Shown piece after piece: positions 1 to 9,455 of a stretch of 59,654 bases of DNA. The translations under genes and the position numbers were made by a program. Under the pieces are notes generated by a model, which saw only the letters and a program-made list of their open reading frames with translations, was not told where the DNA came from and made no database searches. Positions within the stretch are counted from its first letter, which is position 1. Each line of letters begins with the position of its first letter. This stretch comes from Desulfobulbaceae bacterium (lineage in GTDB: Bacteria > Desulfobacterota > Desulfobulbia > Desulfobulbales > Desulfobulbaceae): assembly GCA_030613515.1 (NCBI GenBank), contig JAUWLT010000001.1:1-59654 (forward strand). Reading direction: 5' to 3'.

Positions 1-1
1 C

Positions 2-226
2 CGAAATGTGGTACCAAAAGATGAGAAGAAACCTGGGAAAGTCAGCGGTATCAGGCTCGGAAGCGGTGCTGTTTCAGCCAGAGGAATGGCAGAAACCCAG
101 ATACGTCAGATTGTTGAACTCATTGATGTAACCATGATGAATCAGACAAAAAAAGAGGTGTTAAAGGAGGTTAAAGACGAGGTGTCAAGACTGTGTCGGG
201 CATTTCCTGTTAACAGCTCTGTCTGA
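2..226 (+). CDS. glyA: serine hydroxymethyltransferase, C-terminal fragment (5' end lies outside the window)
   Basis: VPKDEKKPGKVSGIRLGSGAVSARGM...RLCRAFPV runs parallel to the E. coli GlyA C-terminus ([26 protein letters not shown]...ICARYPV). The frame is open to the window edge. Confidence 0.8.
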   Translation, partial: RNVVPKDEKKPGKVSGIRLGSGAVSARGMAETQIRQIVELIDVTMMNQTKKEVLKEVKDEVSRLCRAFPVNSSV

Positions 227-407
227 CTCTTCATACATGAGCCTGGCGATACATGTTCCGGTACCGGAACAATCAGAGGATACATTCAACACTCTGAACA
301 TCAGTGATAAAATTCTGATCTTGGCATATGATATACATTGCCGGGCCACGATTGAGAGGGTACCTGGTATGTACATCGGTTTGCTCATTGCCGGGTGTGT
401 TTTTCGT

Positions 408-459
408 GGCGAGGCGCCGCTCCTACTGTGAAGAAACTATGTAGGAGCGGCGCCTCGCC
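408..459. repeat. REP-like perfect hairpin (19-bp stem GGCGAGGCGCCGCTCCTAC, 14-nt loop) downstream of glyA
   Basis: Left arm 408-426 and right arm 441-459 are exact reverse complements. The element is GC-rich and intergenic. Confidence 0.7.
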
Positions 460-516
460 GCGAATTAAACGGGCAGGCCGAATATTTACTCTGCTATTAT
501 AAAGGTCAATAAAAAC

Positions 517-1152
517 ATGACAGTCAGTCTCATTACAATATTTTGCTCATCTTTTCTGATTGCGTTATCAGGGGCTTTAATGCCCGGCCCTCTCTTAACT
601 GTAACGGTGAGTGAGAGTACACGAAGAGGTGCGATTGCCGGACCTTTGCTGATTTTCGGTCATGGTATTCTTGAGCTGTCACTCATAGCGGCTTTACTCC
701 TGGGGCTGGCACCACTCCTTCAACGCAATGATGTGTTTGTCTTCATATCACTGGTGGGTGGCAGCATCTTACTTTGGATGGCTTTTTCCATGTTTAAGAG
801 CCTGCCTGACCTTCGTCTTAACCTGGCCCCGGAAGATGATAAAAGTAGAAATCTGGTAATCACCGGCATCGTGTTCAGCCTGGCAAATCCGTACTGGATA
901 ATATGGTGGGCCTCCATCGGACTTGGCTACATTTTACACTCTGTTAAATTTGGAGTTATGGGGATTGCCTCCTTTTTTGTTGGTCACATCCTGGCTGATC
1001 TTGCCTGGTATACGCTGATTTCGTTTGGCGTGGCCAAGGGGAGACGTTTTTTCAGTGATATTTTTTATAGACGGCTCATAGGCTGTTGTGCGTCCTTTCT
1101 GGTGGTCTTCTCCTGTTATTTTTTTTACAGCGGTCTTGAGAAAATTCTGTGA
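517..1152 (+). CDS. LysE/RhtB-family amino-acid exporter
   Basis: 211 aa with about six hydrophobic helices. It has the N-terminal ...GALMPGPLLTVT... motif typical of the LysE family. Confidence 0.75.
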   Translation: MTVSLITIFCSSFLIALSGALMPGPLLTVTVSESTRRGAIAGPLLIFGHGILELSLIAALLLGLAPLLQRNDVFVFISLVGGSILLWMAFSMFKSLPDLRLNLAPEDDKSRNLVITGIVFSLANPYWIIWWASIGLGYILHSVKFGVMGIASFFVGHILADLAWYTLISFGVAKGRRFFSDIFYRRLIGCCASFLVVFSCYFFYSGLEKIL

Positions 1153-1315
1153 TTCTCCGGTAATCTTTTATTTCAATCATCGGGTCTTTGATTATCACGG
1201 ATGATATAGAGCCATGCTCAACCTTAAAACGATGGAGACATGGTAATGGAGATATCCGTTAATAAATGCCACATTTTTTATTAAATCAGAGGTTCTTTTA
1301 TTACTATTTTACAGC

Positions 1316-3337
1316 ATGATAGATAATAGATTTAATCTTGTTTCTAATTTTACACCCTCCGGTGATCAGCCCCGGGCCATAGACAGTATTGTCCATGGTC
1401 TTGATAAGGGGGCACGTCACCAGGTGTTGCTGGGGGTGACCGGGTCGGGCAAGACTTTTACCATGGCCCAGGTTATTGCCCGGGTGAACCGGCCCGCCTT
1501 GGTGCTGGCGCCGAACAAAACCCTGGCTGCCCAGCTGTTTGGTGAGTTCCGTGAGCTGTTTCCCGATAATGCGGTGGAATATTTTGTCTCGTACTACGAT
1601 TACTATCAACCCGAGGCCTATATTCCTTCTTCTGATACCTATATTGAAAAAGATTCGTCAATTAATGACGCTATCGACAAGATGCGCCATTCCGCAACTC
1701 GTGCCCTGCTGACCCGCAAGGATGTGCTGATAGTGGCCTCGGTTTCCTGTATTTACGGGCTTGGTTCTCCGGACGAGTATAAGAACATGCACCTGTTCCT
1801 GCAGGTGGGCGAAGAATATCCCATGGAGGATGTACAGCGGCGGCTGGTTTTCATGCTCTATGAACGTAACGAGATGTCGTTTCACCGCGGGACCTTCCGG
1901 GTACGGGGTGATGTGATTGACATCTTTCCGGTGCACGAGGAAGAGCATGCGGTACGGGTGGAGTTTTTCGGCGATACCATTGATGCTGTCTCGATTATTG
2001 ACCCTCTGCGCGGGGTAGTGGTTGAGGATGTAAAGGAGTTGACCGTGTTTCCCTCCAGTCATTTCGTCACCAGTCAGGACAACCTGCAGCGTGCAATGGG
2101 AACGATAAAAGATGAGTTGCGACTGCGGCTCGATGAATTGTACGCCGACAACCGGCTGGTAGAGGCCCAGCGCTTGGATCAGCGAACCATGTTTGACCTG
2201 GAAATGATCTCGGAACTTGGCTACTGCAACGGGATTGAAAATTACAGCCGCCACCTGACCGGCAAGGAACCAGGCGTGCCGCCGCCCAACTTGCTGGATT
2301 ACTTTCCGGATAACTATCTAATGATCATTGATGAATCACATATCGCCATTCCCCAGATCGGCGGCATGTTTAATGGGGACCGGTCCCGGAAGCAGACCCT
2401 GGTTAACTACGGTTTCCGGCTGCCATCCGCCCTGGATAACCGTCCTTTACGTTTTGACGAGTTTGAGCAGCGTGTACACCAGGCAGTGTATGTTTCCGCC
2501 ACGCCCGGACCTTATGAGCTGGAACATGGTCGTGACCATATTGTGGAACAGTTGATCCGTCCGACCGGGCTGCTGGATCCGAGGATTGAGGTCCGGCCCG
2601 CGTCCACCCAGGTAGATGATCTGTTAGAAGAAATCCGTCAATGCACAGACCGGGGCGAGGCTGTGCTGGTTACAACTCTTACTAAGCGCATGGCCGAGGA
2701 TTTGACCGAGTATTATGAAAATGTAGGAGTTAATGTCCGCTACCTCCATTCCGACATCAAAACGCTGGAGCGGGTGGAACTGATCCGCGACCTGCGTCGG
2801 GGTGAATATAACGTGCTGGTGGGTATCAATTTGCTGCGCGAGGGGCTGGATATCCCGGAGGTAGCCCTGGTCGCCATCCTGGATGCCGATAAGGAGGGCT
2901 TTTTACGTTCTGAGCGCTCCCTGGTCCAGACGTGTGGCCGGGCAGCGCGCAATGTTGACGGGTTGGTGATTCTCTATGCTGATAAGATCACAAAATCCAT
3001 GCAGTTTACCATTGACGAGACTACTCGGCGGCGAAAAATCCAGCAGGAGTTTAATGATAAACATGGTATTATTCCCAGGACCATAATATCGGAGGTCAAG
3101 GATTCCATGACCCGGCATCTCAAGGCCTCAGGCTGGGATGGTTATACTGACGATGCCGGTATGCTGCAGGTCGGGGAACCTGAAATCGTGTACCATTCGC
3201 TGGATGAACTGCATAAAGAAGTTCAAGAGCTGGAGAGACGGATGCAGAAGGCTGCAGAGAAGCTTGCCTTTGAAGAGGCGGCAGCCCTGCGTGATAGAAT
3301 AAAAGATTTGAAGATGTTGGAGCTTGAGGTTGGCTGA
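1316..3337 (+). CDS. uvrB: excinuclease ABC subunit B
   Basis: 673 aa. Walker [13 protein letters not shown] box (IIDESHI), helicase motifs, and the C-terminal UVR domain ([14 protein letters not shown]). Confidence 0.97.
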   Translation: MIDNRFNLVSNFTPSGDQPRAIDSIVHGLDKGARHQVLLGVTGSGKTFTMAQVIARVNRPALVLAPNKTLAAQLFGEFRELFPDNAVEYFVSYYDYYQPEAYIPSSDTYIEKDSSINDAIDKMRHSATRALLTRKDVLIVASVSCIYGLGSPDEYKNMHLFLQVGEEYPMEDVQRRLVFMLYERNEMSFHRGTFRVRGDVIDIFPVHEEEHAVRVEFFGDTIDAVSIIDPLRGVVVEDVKELTVFPSSHFVTSQDNLQRAMGTIKDELRLRLDELYADNRLVEAQRLDQRTMFDLEMISELGYCNGIENYSRHLTGKEPGVPPPNLLDYFPDNYLMIIDESHIAIPQIGGMFNGDRSRKQTLVNYGFRLPSALDNRPLRFDEFEQRVHQAVYVSATPGPYELEHGRDHIVEQLIRPTGLLDPRIEVRPASTQVDDLLEEIRQCTDRGEAVLVTTLTKRMAEDLTEYYENVGVNVRYLHSDIKTLERVELIRDLRRGEYNVLVGINLLREGLDIPEVALVAILDADKEGFLRSERSLVQTCGRAARNVDGLVILYADKITKSMQFTIDETTRRRKIQQEFNDKHGIIPRTIISEVKDSMTRHLKASGWDGYTDDAGMLQVGEPEIVYHSLDELHKEVQELERRMQKAAEKLAFEEAAALRDRIKDLKMLELEVG

Positions 3338-3998
3338 TTTTCTGTATAAAGCATCCCTTACCATTGTGCCCCGCTTGTATGTGTGTTTGACCGCCCTCTT
3401 GTTCGGCTCCTGTTGTTTGCAGATCCGGGGTAGAGAAAATCTGGAAAAGGCGCTGGCCGGGGGCGGAGCCGTGGTGCCGTTCTGGCATTACTCAGTTTTT
3501 TACATGCTTTACCATTTGCGCCGGTATCCGGGTGTGGCCATGGTCAGTGCCAGCAAGGATGGCGAGTATATCGCTCGGGTGGCGGAATTGCTTGGTTTTG
3601 AAACTGTGCGTGGATCAGCCAATCGATTCGGTGTCAGGGCCTTAAAAGGATTGCTTGACCACGTGAAGCAGGGCAAAAATGCAGGTATCGTAGCTGATGG
3701 CTCCCAGGGGCCTGCCCTGAAGGTGCAGCCGGGTGCCATTCTGTTGGCGGCACAATCCGGTTCTCCTATTATGCCTATTGTCTGGGTGGTGAAGCGCTAT
3801 AAAGCTTTTAATTCCTGGGACCATACCGTCCTGCCCATGCCGTTTAGTCCCATGATTCTGCAGTATGGTGATTTGATTTATGTTGAGCCAAAACTTTCTT
3901 CCGCCCTGGTGGAAGAGTATAGACAGCAACTTGAAACAGAGATGAACTTAATGTACCGGCAGCTCTGGCAGGAATATGGCAAGGACAGCCATGTATAA
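3324..3998 (+). CDS. DUF374-family protein (lysophospholipid-acyltransferase-like)
   Basis: [31 protein letters not shown]...[10 protein letters not shown] is the DUF374 signature. The start is uncertain: TTG at 3324 overlaps the uvrB stop, and there are GTG alternatives downstream. Confidence 0.65.
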   Translation: MRLADFLYKASLTIVPRLYVCLTALLFGSCCLQIRGRENLEKALAGGGAVVPFWHYSVFYMLYHLRRYPGVAMVSASKDGEYIARVAELLGFETVRGSANRFGVRALKGLLDHVKQGKNAGIVADGSQGPALKVQPGAILLAAQSGSPIMPIVWVVKRYKAFNSWDHTVLPMPFSPMILQYGDLIYVEPKLSSALVEEYRQQLETEMNLMYRQLWQEYGKDSHV

Positions 3999-4047
3999 TA
4001 ACCGACCACGTGTTTTGTAACTATGCGATATCATATACCTCTAAACT

Positions 4048-4212
4048 GTAAGCTATTACAGGTGCTCCAGATTCGGAGTCTACGCTTACCTGCGCAGTTG
4101 CTTCCGCTCGCTATAACAGCGAAGTGGTGTCACTCCTCTATGCGGGCGGGAGTAATCGGAGTCTCGCATGCTCGCTTACCTGCGTGAAGATGGGGTGCCT
4201 GTGATGGCTTAC
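4048..4212 (+). other. candidate structured RNA/leader upstream of cbiA
   Basis: An 18-bp outer stem (4048-4065 with 4195-4212) contains four G-U pairs that work only on the + strand. It encloses two direct repeats, CGGAGTCT...CGCTTACCTGCG, at 4074-4095 and 4157-4184. Confidence 0.3.
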
Positions 4213-4232
4213 CATGTAGATGGAGAAGGTTG

Positions 4233-5609
4233 ATGTCAGAAACTAAGACCAGGTCCATTGTGGTTGCCGGTATGAGTGGCGGTTCCGGAAAATCCGTTGT
4301 CTCAGTCGGCCTGATTGCTGCCCTGCGAAATAGGGGACACCGGGTAATACCTTTTAAAAAGGGACCTGATTATATTGATGCCGGCTGGATGACCACAGCT
4401 GCCGACAGCCCCTGTTACAACCTGGATCCTTTCCTGATGAGCGAAGCAGCCATTGCTGATTCCTTCAGGCAACACGGGGCAGGTGCGGATTTTACCATTG
4501 TTGAAGGCAACAGGGGGTTGTATGACGGGGTCAATCCTGAAGGCGGATTTTCCACGGCTGAATTGGCCATCCAGCTGGATCTGCCCGTCCTGCTGGTGGT
4601 CAACTGCAGCAAGACTACCCGAACTGTTGCGGCGATGGTGCTCGGCTGCAGACAGTTGGATAAACGGGTGCGCATTGCAGGGGTGATTCTCAACCAGATT
4701 GCCACGCCCCGACATGAGCGCATTGTTACCCAGTCTGTGGAAAAGTACACCGACGTCCCTGTAGTCGGCATAGTACCGCGCATGAAAGACGACATCTTTC
4801 CCATGCGTCATTTAGGCGTAATCCCGCACCAGGAATATGGCACTGCAGATAGTGCTGTCAGCCGTCTTGCCGGGATTGCAGAAGACCATTTCGATCTGGA
4901 CCGGATTATTAAACTGATGCGACCACAGCAGCAGACGGCGGTGCCGAAACCGCTACAGGGTGGAGCTAAGGTGACCATCGGTATCCTCCGCGACACAGCC
5001 TTCCAGTTTTACTATGAGGAGAACCTTGAAGCCTTGCGCAACGGCGGGGCCAGGCTGGTGATGATCAATGCCCTGAGCGCAGACAGGCTGCCGGACGGGT
5101 TGGACGCTCTTTATATTGGCGGTGGTTTCCCGGAAACCAGTGCCCGGCAGCTGGCTGACAATGTCTCCTTTCGTGACTCTGTTCGTGAGATGGCTGACAA
5201 GGGGCTGCCGATTTATGCGGAATGCGGCGGTCTGATTTTTCTGGGTCGCTCCATCGTTCTTGATAATGTGGAGTATCCCCTGGCCGGTGTCTTTCCGGTA
5301 ACCTTTGGCCTGTCTGGCAGCCCGCAGGCCCATGGCTATTCAATCTTTACAGCAGATACAGGAAATCCTTTTTACCCGGTCGGTACCCGGATAAAGGGGC
5401 ACGAATTCCGTTATTCCACAGTTGAAAGCTGGGACGGCAAACTGGAAGAGCTGGCTCTTAATCTGGAACGGGGAACCGGTTTTAAAGGAAAAAGGGATGG
5501 TTTAATAAAAAAAAATGTCCTGGCCCTGTACACCCATGTCCTTGCTCCGGGAACCCCGGAATGGGCAAAAGGGTTACTAAAGGCAGCGGCAAGATTTACA
5601 AAAAAATAA
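4233..5609 (+). CDS. cbiA: cobyrinate (or related tetrapyrrole) a,c-diamide synthase
   Basis: About 458 aa. N-terminal CobQ/CobB-type P-loop (GMSGGSGKS), a C-terminal GATase-1 domain with the catalytic Cys in YAECGGLIFLG, and length equal to CbiA. ATG at 4233 follows GGAGAAGG; the ORF track starts at TTG 4230. Confidence 0.85.
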   Translation: MSETKTRSIVVAGMSGGSGKSVVSVGLIAALRNRGHRVIPFKKGPDYIDAGWMTTAADSPCYNLDPFLMSEAAIADSFRQHGAGADFTIVEGNRGLYDGVNPEGGFSTAELAIQLDLPVLLVVNCSKTTRTVAAMVLGCRQLDKRVRIAGVILNQIATPRHERIVTQSVEKYTDVPVVGIVPRMKDDIFPMRHLGVIPHQEYGTADSAVSRLAGIAEDHFDLDRIIKLMRPQQQTAVPKPLQGGAKVTIGILRDTAFQFYYEENLEALRNGGARLVMINALSADRLPDGLDALYIGGGFPETSARQLADNVSFRDSVREMADKGLPIYAECGGLIFLGRSIVLDNVEYPLAGVFPVTFGLSGSPQAHGYSIFTADTGNPFYPVGTRIKGHEFRYSTVESWDGKLEELALNLERGTGFKGKRDGLIKKNVLALYTHVLAPGTPEWAKGLLKAAARFTKK

Positions 5610-5656
5610 AACTGGGTGTACAGTTTTGTCAACCAGCAACCATAGAGCTATCCCTT

Positions 5657-5744
5657 CACCGCAGAGACGCAGAGACGCAGAGGCTGCAGAGATAATCTTC
5701 TGATTATAGAATAAAAACTCCGCGTTCTCTGCGTCTCTGCGGTG
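5657..5744. repeat. REP-like hairpin / bidirectional terminator between convergent cbiA and cbiO
   Basis: A 19-bp stem, CACCGCAGAGACGCAGAGA (5657-5675), pairs with 5726-5744. The left arm continues as a tandem GCAGAGAC octamer run (5661-5692). Confidence 0.6.
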
Positions 5745-5847
5745 AGCATTACTGGACAGATACATTTTTTCACAAACTATACACTATATGTTGTATCTGC
5801 TTGAGGTAACTGGATACCCAGTAAAATAAATAAAGGTGGCCTAAAGC

Positions 5848-6579
5848 CTATCCCTCATGTTTGTGAGGATGATCACCATGGAGATGGGCATGACGATGGA
5901 CATGGAGACAGGCCGTATCACTGCACACAGCCCGGCCATGATCCAGGGCGTAGAGATCTTTGCAGGTTTCGGCCAAAAAATCCCAGTCATGGGAAATGAT
6001 CATATAGGGGATATCGAACCTGTTGAGAATATCGATCAACCTGGACCTGGTTTCAGGGTCCAGGTTGTTGGTCGGCTCATCCAACAGCATGGCTTCCGGC
6101 TGCATGGACAGGATGGTGGCAAGGGAGACCAGTTTTTTCTCTCCACCTGAAAGCTGGTGCGTAACCCTGTCTGCCAGCCCGGTCAAATCCAGTTCATCCA
6201 GGGTTTTTCGGGATATTGTCAGAGCTTCTTCCGGGCTTGCCCCCAGGTTCAACGGGCCAAAGGCAACGTCTTCAATCACAGTGGGTGAGAACAATTGATC
6301 ATCCGCATCCTGAAAAACCATTCCCACGCTCCTGCGCAGTTCCCGAAACTCTTTTTCTTCAGCCAGTTGTTTTCCCTTGAACAGCAGTTTGCCGCTGGTG
6401 AGCGAATATAAACCCATGATCAAGTGAAGCAGGGTGGTTTTGCCGCTGCCGTTGGGACCGATCAGTCCGATTCGCTGCCCGTAATCCAGGGATACATCCA
6501 CCTGGTCAAGAATTGTTTTTTGGGTGTTGGGATAGGAAAAGGAAACCTGTTGCAGTTGGATGAGTGGTGAAGTTGTCAT
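5848..6579 (-). CDS. cbiO: ECF transporter ATPase (CbiO/NikO type) with a His-rich C-terminal tail
   Basis: Walker A GPNGSGKTT, signature LSGGEKK, Walker B LLDEPT. The last 19 residues, LHVHRHAHLHGDHPHKHEG, contain 8 His. Confidence 0.9.
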   Translation of the reverse strand: MTTSPLIQLQQVSFSYPNTQKTILDQVDVSLDYGQRIGLIGPNGSGKTTLLHLIMGLYSLTSGKLLFKGKQLAEEKEFRELRRSVGMVFQDADDQLFSPTVIEDVAFGPLNLGASPEEALTISRKTLDELDLTGLADRVTHQLSGGEKKLVSLATILSMQPEAMLLDEPTNNLDPETRSRLIDILNRFDIPYMIISHDWDFLAETCKDLYALDHGRAVCSDTACLHVHRHAHLHGDHPHKHEG

Positions 6580-6613
6580 TTTATGAGCAGGAGTAATGGT
6601 TATGATGATGGCA

Positions 6614-7369
6614 CTATTTCAAGGCACCCTCAAGTAAAAACAAGCCCATACCACCCAAAAGCAAACCTGTCAGCATAAGATAGTCTTTCCTGTTCATTTC
6701 CAGTTCCTGCAGGCTGTAGAATCTTCCTGAAAATCCCCGCAGGGCCATGGCTTGTTGTACCCGTGCCGCACGGTTCCAGCTCTTGACAAGGAGCATGCCC
6801 AGCATGTGCGCGTAGGTTTTGTAGGTGTGCAGGTTAGTTCCGGGTCTGAAACAACGCAGTTTTGCCGCTCGCTGCAACCGTTGGTATTCCTGGTGAATGA
6901 CAGTAATATAGCGGTAGGAGAAGAGGAGGAGTACACAAAGCCTCGGCGACAGGTGTAGTTTTTGTAAACCATGACCGAGCCTGGCCACGGTTGATGTGGC
7001 CAGCAGGCTGATAAAGATCAGGATAATCGCATTTGCCTTGATGGTAATGAGCGCAGCCAGGAAAAGACCTGGTTTGCTGAGTCCAATTCCTGCAAAATCA
7101 ATGACCGGCCGGCCGCCATAGGTCAGGGGCAGCAATAGCCAGAGCAGGATATTGAAGCTGTTGACAATGAGCAGTCTGCGCAGGACCTGTTTTGGGGACA
7201 GGCGGGCAGCGATTGTTAGAAGGATTGCGATCAGCAACCCGGCAAGGGCTGTCGCGAAGTTTTGACACAGGGCAATGACCAAGCTGAGTACTGCCGTATT
7301 GATAATCTTGACCCTTGGATCTGCCCGGTGCAGGAACGAGCTTCCCTGGCTGAACTGCTCAAAGTTCAT
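6614..7369 (-). CDS. cbiQ: ECF transporter transmembrane (T) component, CbiQ/NikQ
   Basis: 251 aa and polytopic. It has the CbiQ-type C-terminal ...A.AL..RGF... motif (QQAMALRGFSG). Its start overlaps the stop of the upstream gene by 1 nt (TAATG). Confidence 0.85.
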   Translation of the reverse strand: MNFEQFSQGSSFLHRADPRVKIINTAVLSLVIALCQNFATALAGLLIAILLTIAARLSPKQVLRRLLIVNSFNILLWLLLPLTYGGRPVIDFAGIGLSKPGLFLAALITIKANAIILIFISLLATSTVARLGHGLQKLHLSPRLCVLLLFSYRYITVIHQEYQRLQRAAKLRCFRPGTNLHTYKTYAHMLGMLLVKSWNRAARVQQAMALRGFSGRFYSLQELEMNRKDYLMLTGLLLGGMGLFLLEGALK

Positions 7370-8142
7370 TATTTTTTATACTCATCAAAGTAAATCCAGA
7401 GTATTGCACCCAGTTCTACCCCCTTGTCTGTCCCGTCAGGAGATTTCAGGGTATAATCGGCCTCGTTTAAAGCGGCAAAACCCCACCAGCCGGACAAAGG
7501 ACAGGTAAAAGTGAAAATACCGTTGTCATCGGTCTTGATCACCTGGGTAACATGATAGTCACCGGCTGCACCGATTTTCATATCCTTATTATAGAATTCC
7601 ACCTCCACCTCGGTATCTGCAACCGGCTTTCCCTTGAGCAGCACTCTTCCGGTAAAGCTGTTGCCGGCATAGTTGCCGAATGGTCTGAGCAGGGGGACGA
7701 TCTCGGTAGCCAAGCCAAGGGGCTGGTCCCAGCCCTGGTCTGCGCCAAAGGCGGCAACCACGGTTTTACTGTAATGGATAATGAAAACGTCCTCGGCCGG
7801 CTCCCAGTACGGCTTGGGCTCCATGACAAACCAGTAGACACCCGGACGTTTGATTCCTACCTCGTTCTGCCAGGCTGTATGATCCATGACCTTGTCCTGC
7901 AGCAGGGTACCTAACAGGTCAGTTTGTTTACCGTCCATGACCATGTAAAATTTTTCCGGCTTGGCAAGGTCCATGCCGATACCTTCAAAGGGATGGGAAA
8001 AGGAAAGGGTCAGTTGGATGTTTTTTTTCTGGGGGGTGACGATATGTTCCGATGGAATAACCATACCGAAATGTCCAAACGCCTGTCCGGCCAGGCTGAA
8101 GAGGAAAAGAGTGGTAAGGAAAGTGGTTCGAGTCATCATCAT
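7369..8142 (-). CDS. periplasmic DUF4198-type accessory protein (NikK-like)
   Basis: Signal peptide, then GHFGMVIPSEH... and a beta-rich sequence. It sits between the M and Q components, as described for NikK-type components of Ni/Co ECF systems. Confidence 0.6.
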   Translation of the reverse strand: MMMTRTTFLTTLFLFSLAGQAFGHFGMVIPSEHIVTPQKKNIQLTLSFSHPFEGIGMDLAKPEKFYMVMDGKQTDLLGTLLQDKVMDHTAWQNEVGIKRPGVYWFVMEPKPYWEPAEDVFIIHYSKTVVAAFGADQGWDQPLGLATEIVPLLRPFGNYAGNSFTGRVLLKGKPVADTEVEVEFYNKDMKIGAAGDYHVTQVIKTDDNGIFTFTCPLSGWWGFAALNEADYTLKSPDGTDKGVELGAILWIYFDEYKK

Positions 8143-8783
8143 TTACTCCTTTGTTGTTTTTTGGCCTGCATCCAGGCAAGTAAACCTGCCAGTCCCAGGA
8201 TGTAGCCGATGCCGCCAAGGATGTCTCGCAGGTCAGGGCTGTTATCCTTGTTTTCAGCCAGCATGTGTCTGAGTGGGGCCAGTTTTTTTTCCAGTTCCTC
8301 ATCAACGATACGGCGCAGTAGCTGTTCATCAACCAGAACAGTGTTTGTCGGATCAGCAGGAGAGGAAGCGTGATTCGTTACAGCAGTTGGTTTGGATTCT
8401 TTTACACCGGTCGACATGGGTGGCGTGTTGAGGACAAGATATTCTGCTGCGGGCAGGGGCCATTCACCACGATGTCCTTCGCCTGCATTAACAACAAGCA
8501 GAAGATCCAGGTGCTCACGAACAGCATCGTCAGGCATTGTAAAGCTGAATTTTCCCTGTTCATCAGTCCGGGTTGTAAGCAAAACCGCATGATTTGCAGC
8601 ATCCTGAACAGTGATCTCTGCATTTTTCGGTTTTCTGTTACCGCTGAATGCGGTTTCACCATAAATTATATCTCCTTCCGACCAGGCAAAAATGCGTAGC
8701 TTATGAGCGTGTGCCGTCAGCGGCAGAAGGACGGAAATAGAAAAAAGAAACAGTATGGTTAAGATGCGATATGGACAATTCAT
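8139..8783 (-). CDS. membrane-anchored accessory protein (NikL-like / replaces CbiN)
   Basis: Signal peptide, AHAHKLRIFAWSEGD..., a small beta domain, then a C-terminal TM helix (ILGGIGYILGLAGLLAW). It has 4-nt ATGA overlaps with both neighbouring genes. Confidence 0.45.
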   Translation of the reverse strand: MNCPYRILTILFLFSISVLLPLTAHAHKLRIFAWSEGDIIYGETAFSGNRKPKNAEITVQDAANHAVLLTTRTDEQGKFSFTMPDDAVREHLDLLLVVNAGEGHRGEWPLPAAEYLVLNTPPMSTGVKESKPTAVTNHASSPADPTNTVLVDEQLLRRIVDEELEKKLAPLRHMLAENKDNSPDLRDILGGIGYILGLAGLLAWMQAKKQQRSK

Positions 8784-9382
8784 GGCTGGTCTAAATGCAA
8801 AATTTCCGGCTGCACCCTGGCAAGAAAGGTAACCGTGAACATGGTTATAAATCCTTCAATGATCATAATCGGCACATTGGCACCTATGATAACTTTGGCC
8901 GTAGTCAGAAAACCGGAATCAGACAGGGCCAGGGCCAGGGCCACAAGCAGTGAGGACAGAAAAATCGCCAGTGCACCTGCGCAAAAGGCGGCAACAGGCC
9001 TGGTTTTGGGATTTTTCAGCCAGGGGCGGACCAGGTAATAGCAGCACAGGGCCGGCACGGCCATGGTAACCGTGTTTACCCCAAGTACCACAAGTCCGCC
9101 GAACTGGAAAAAAATCGCCTGCAGGAACAGGGCAATAAGGATGGCCGGAAAACCAGCCCAGCCGAGAATAATACCGAGCAGGCCGTTTAACACCAGGTGT
9201 ACGGAACCCGGTCCCAGGGGAACATGGATAAGGCTTGCCACAAAAAAGGCGGATGAGAGTAGTGCTGTAGGCATAATGCGCGCATAATCAACCTTTTTCA
9301 GGCCGATAACAGTACCCGCAGCTGCAATGACGCCACCACTTATCAGGACCGGAGCTGAAAGGATTCCTTCGGAAATATGCAT
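8780..9382 (-). CDS. cbiM: ECF substrate-capture component CbiM/NikM
   Basis: 200 aa. The N-terminus MHISEGIL is the metal-ligating Met-His end typical of CbiM/NikM, followed by a polytopic region. Confidence 0.85.
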   Translation of the reverse strand: MHISEGILSAPVLISGGVIAAAGTVIGLKKVDYARIMPTALLSSAFFVASLIHVPLGPGSVHLVLNGLLGIILGWAGFPAILIALFLQAIFFQFGGLVVLGVNTVTMAVPALCCYYLVRPWLKNPKTRPVAAFCAGALAIFLSSLLVALALALSDSGFLTTAKVIIGANVPIMIIEGFITMFTVTFLARVQPEILHLDQP

Positions 9383-9426
9383 AATAAAGACTTGATAATA
9401 CTTTTTTATGATTCGTAATATTGATA

Positions 9427-9455
9427 GTTGTACTGTAACACAGGCGGGTTGTCAA
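9427..9455 (-). promoter_or_regulatory. candidate sigma70 promoter of the nik/cbi operon
   Basis: On the minus strand: TTGACA (9455-9450), a 17-nt spacer, then TACAAC (9432-9427), about 45 nt upstream of the cbiM ATG. Confidence 0.35.

Noticed and set aside
237-431. Small ORFs ending in repeat-encoded peptides (237..431, 5577..5765, 21499..21687)
   Set aside because: They read into REP-like hairpins (…RGEAPLLL, …SASLRLCGEG, …VTRGHPWFN). These are classic translation artefacts of dispersed repeats.
1153-1315. SOS (LexA) box upstream of uvrB
   Set aside because: There is no CTGT-N8-ACAG or GGTT-N2-C-N4-G-N3-ACC-like palindrome in the spacer, so I cannot support a call.
3999-4229. Cobalamin riboswitch upstream of cbiA
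   Set aside because: I could not find the conserved B12-box (…AGYCMGgAgaCCkGCC…), GCCACUG or GGGAA core elements on either strand. The structure present looks different. An Rfam covariance-model scan would be decisive.
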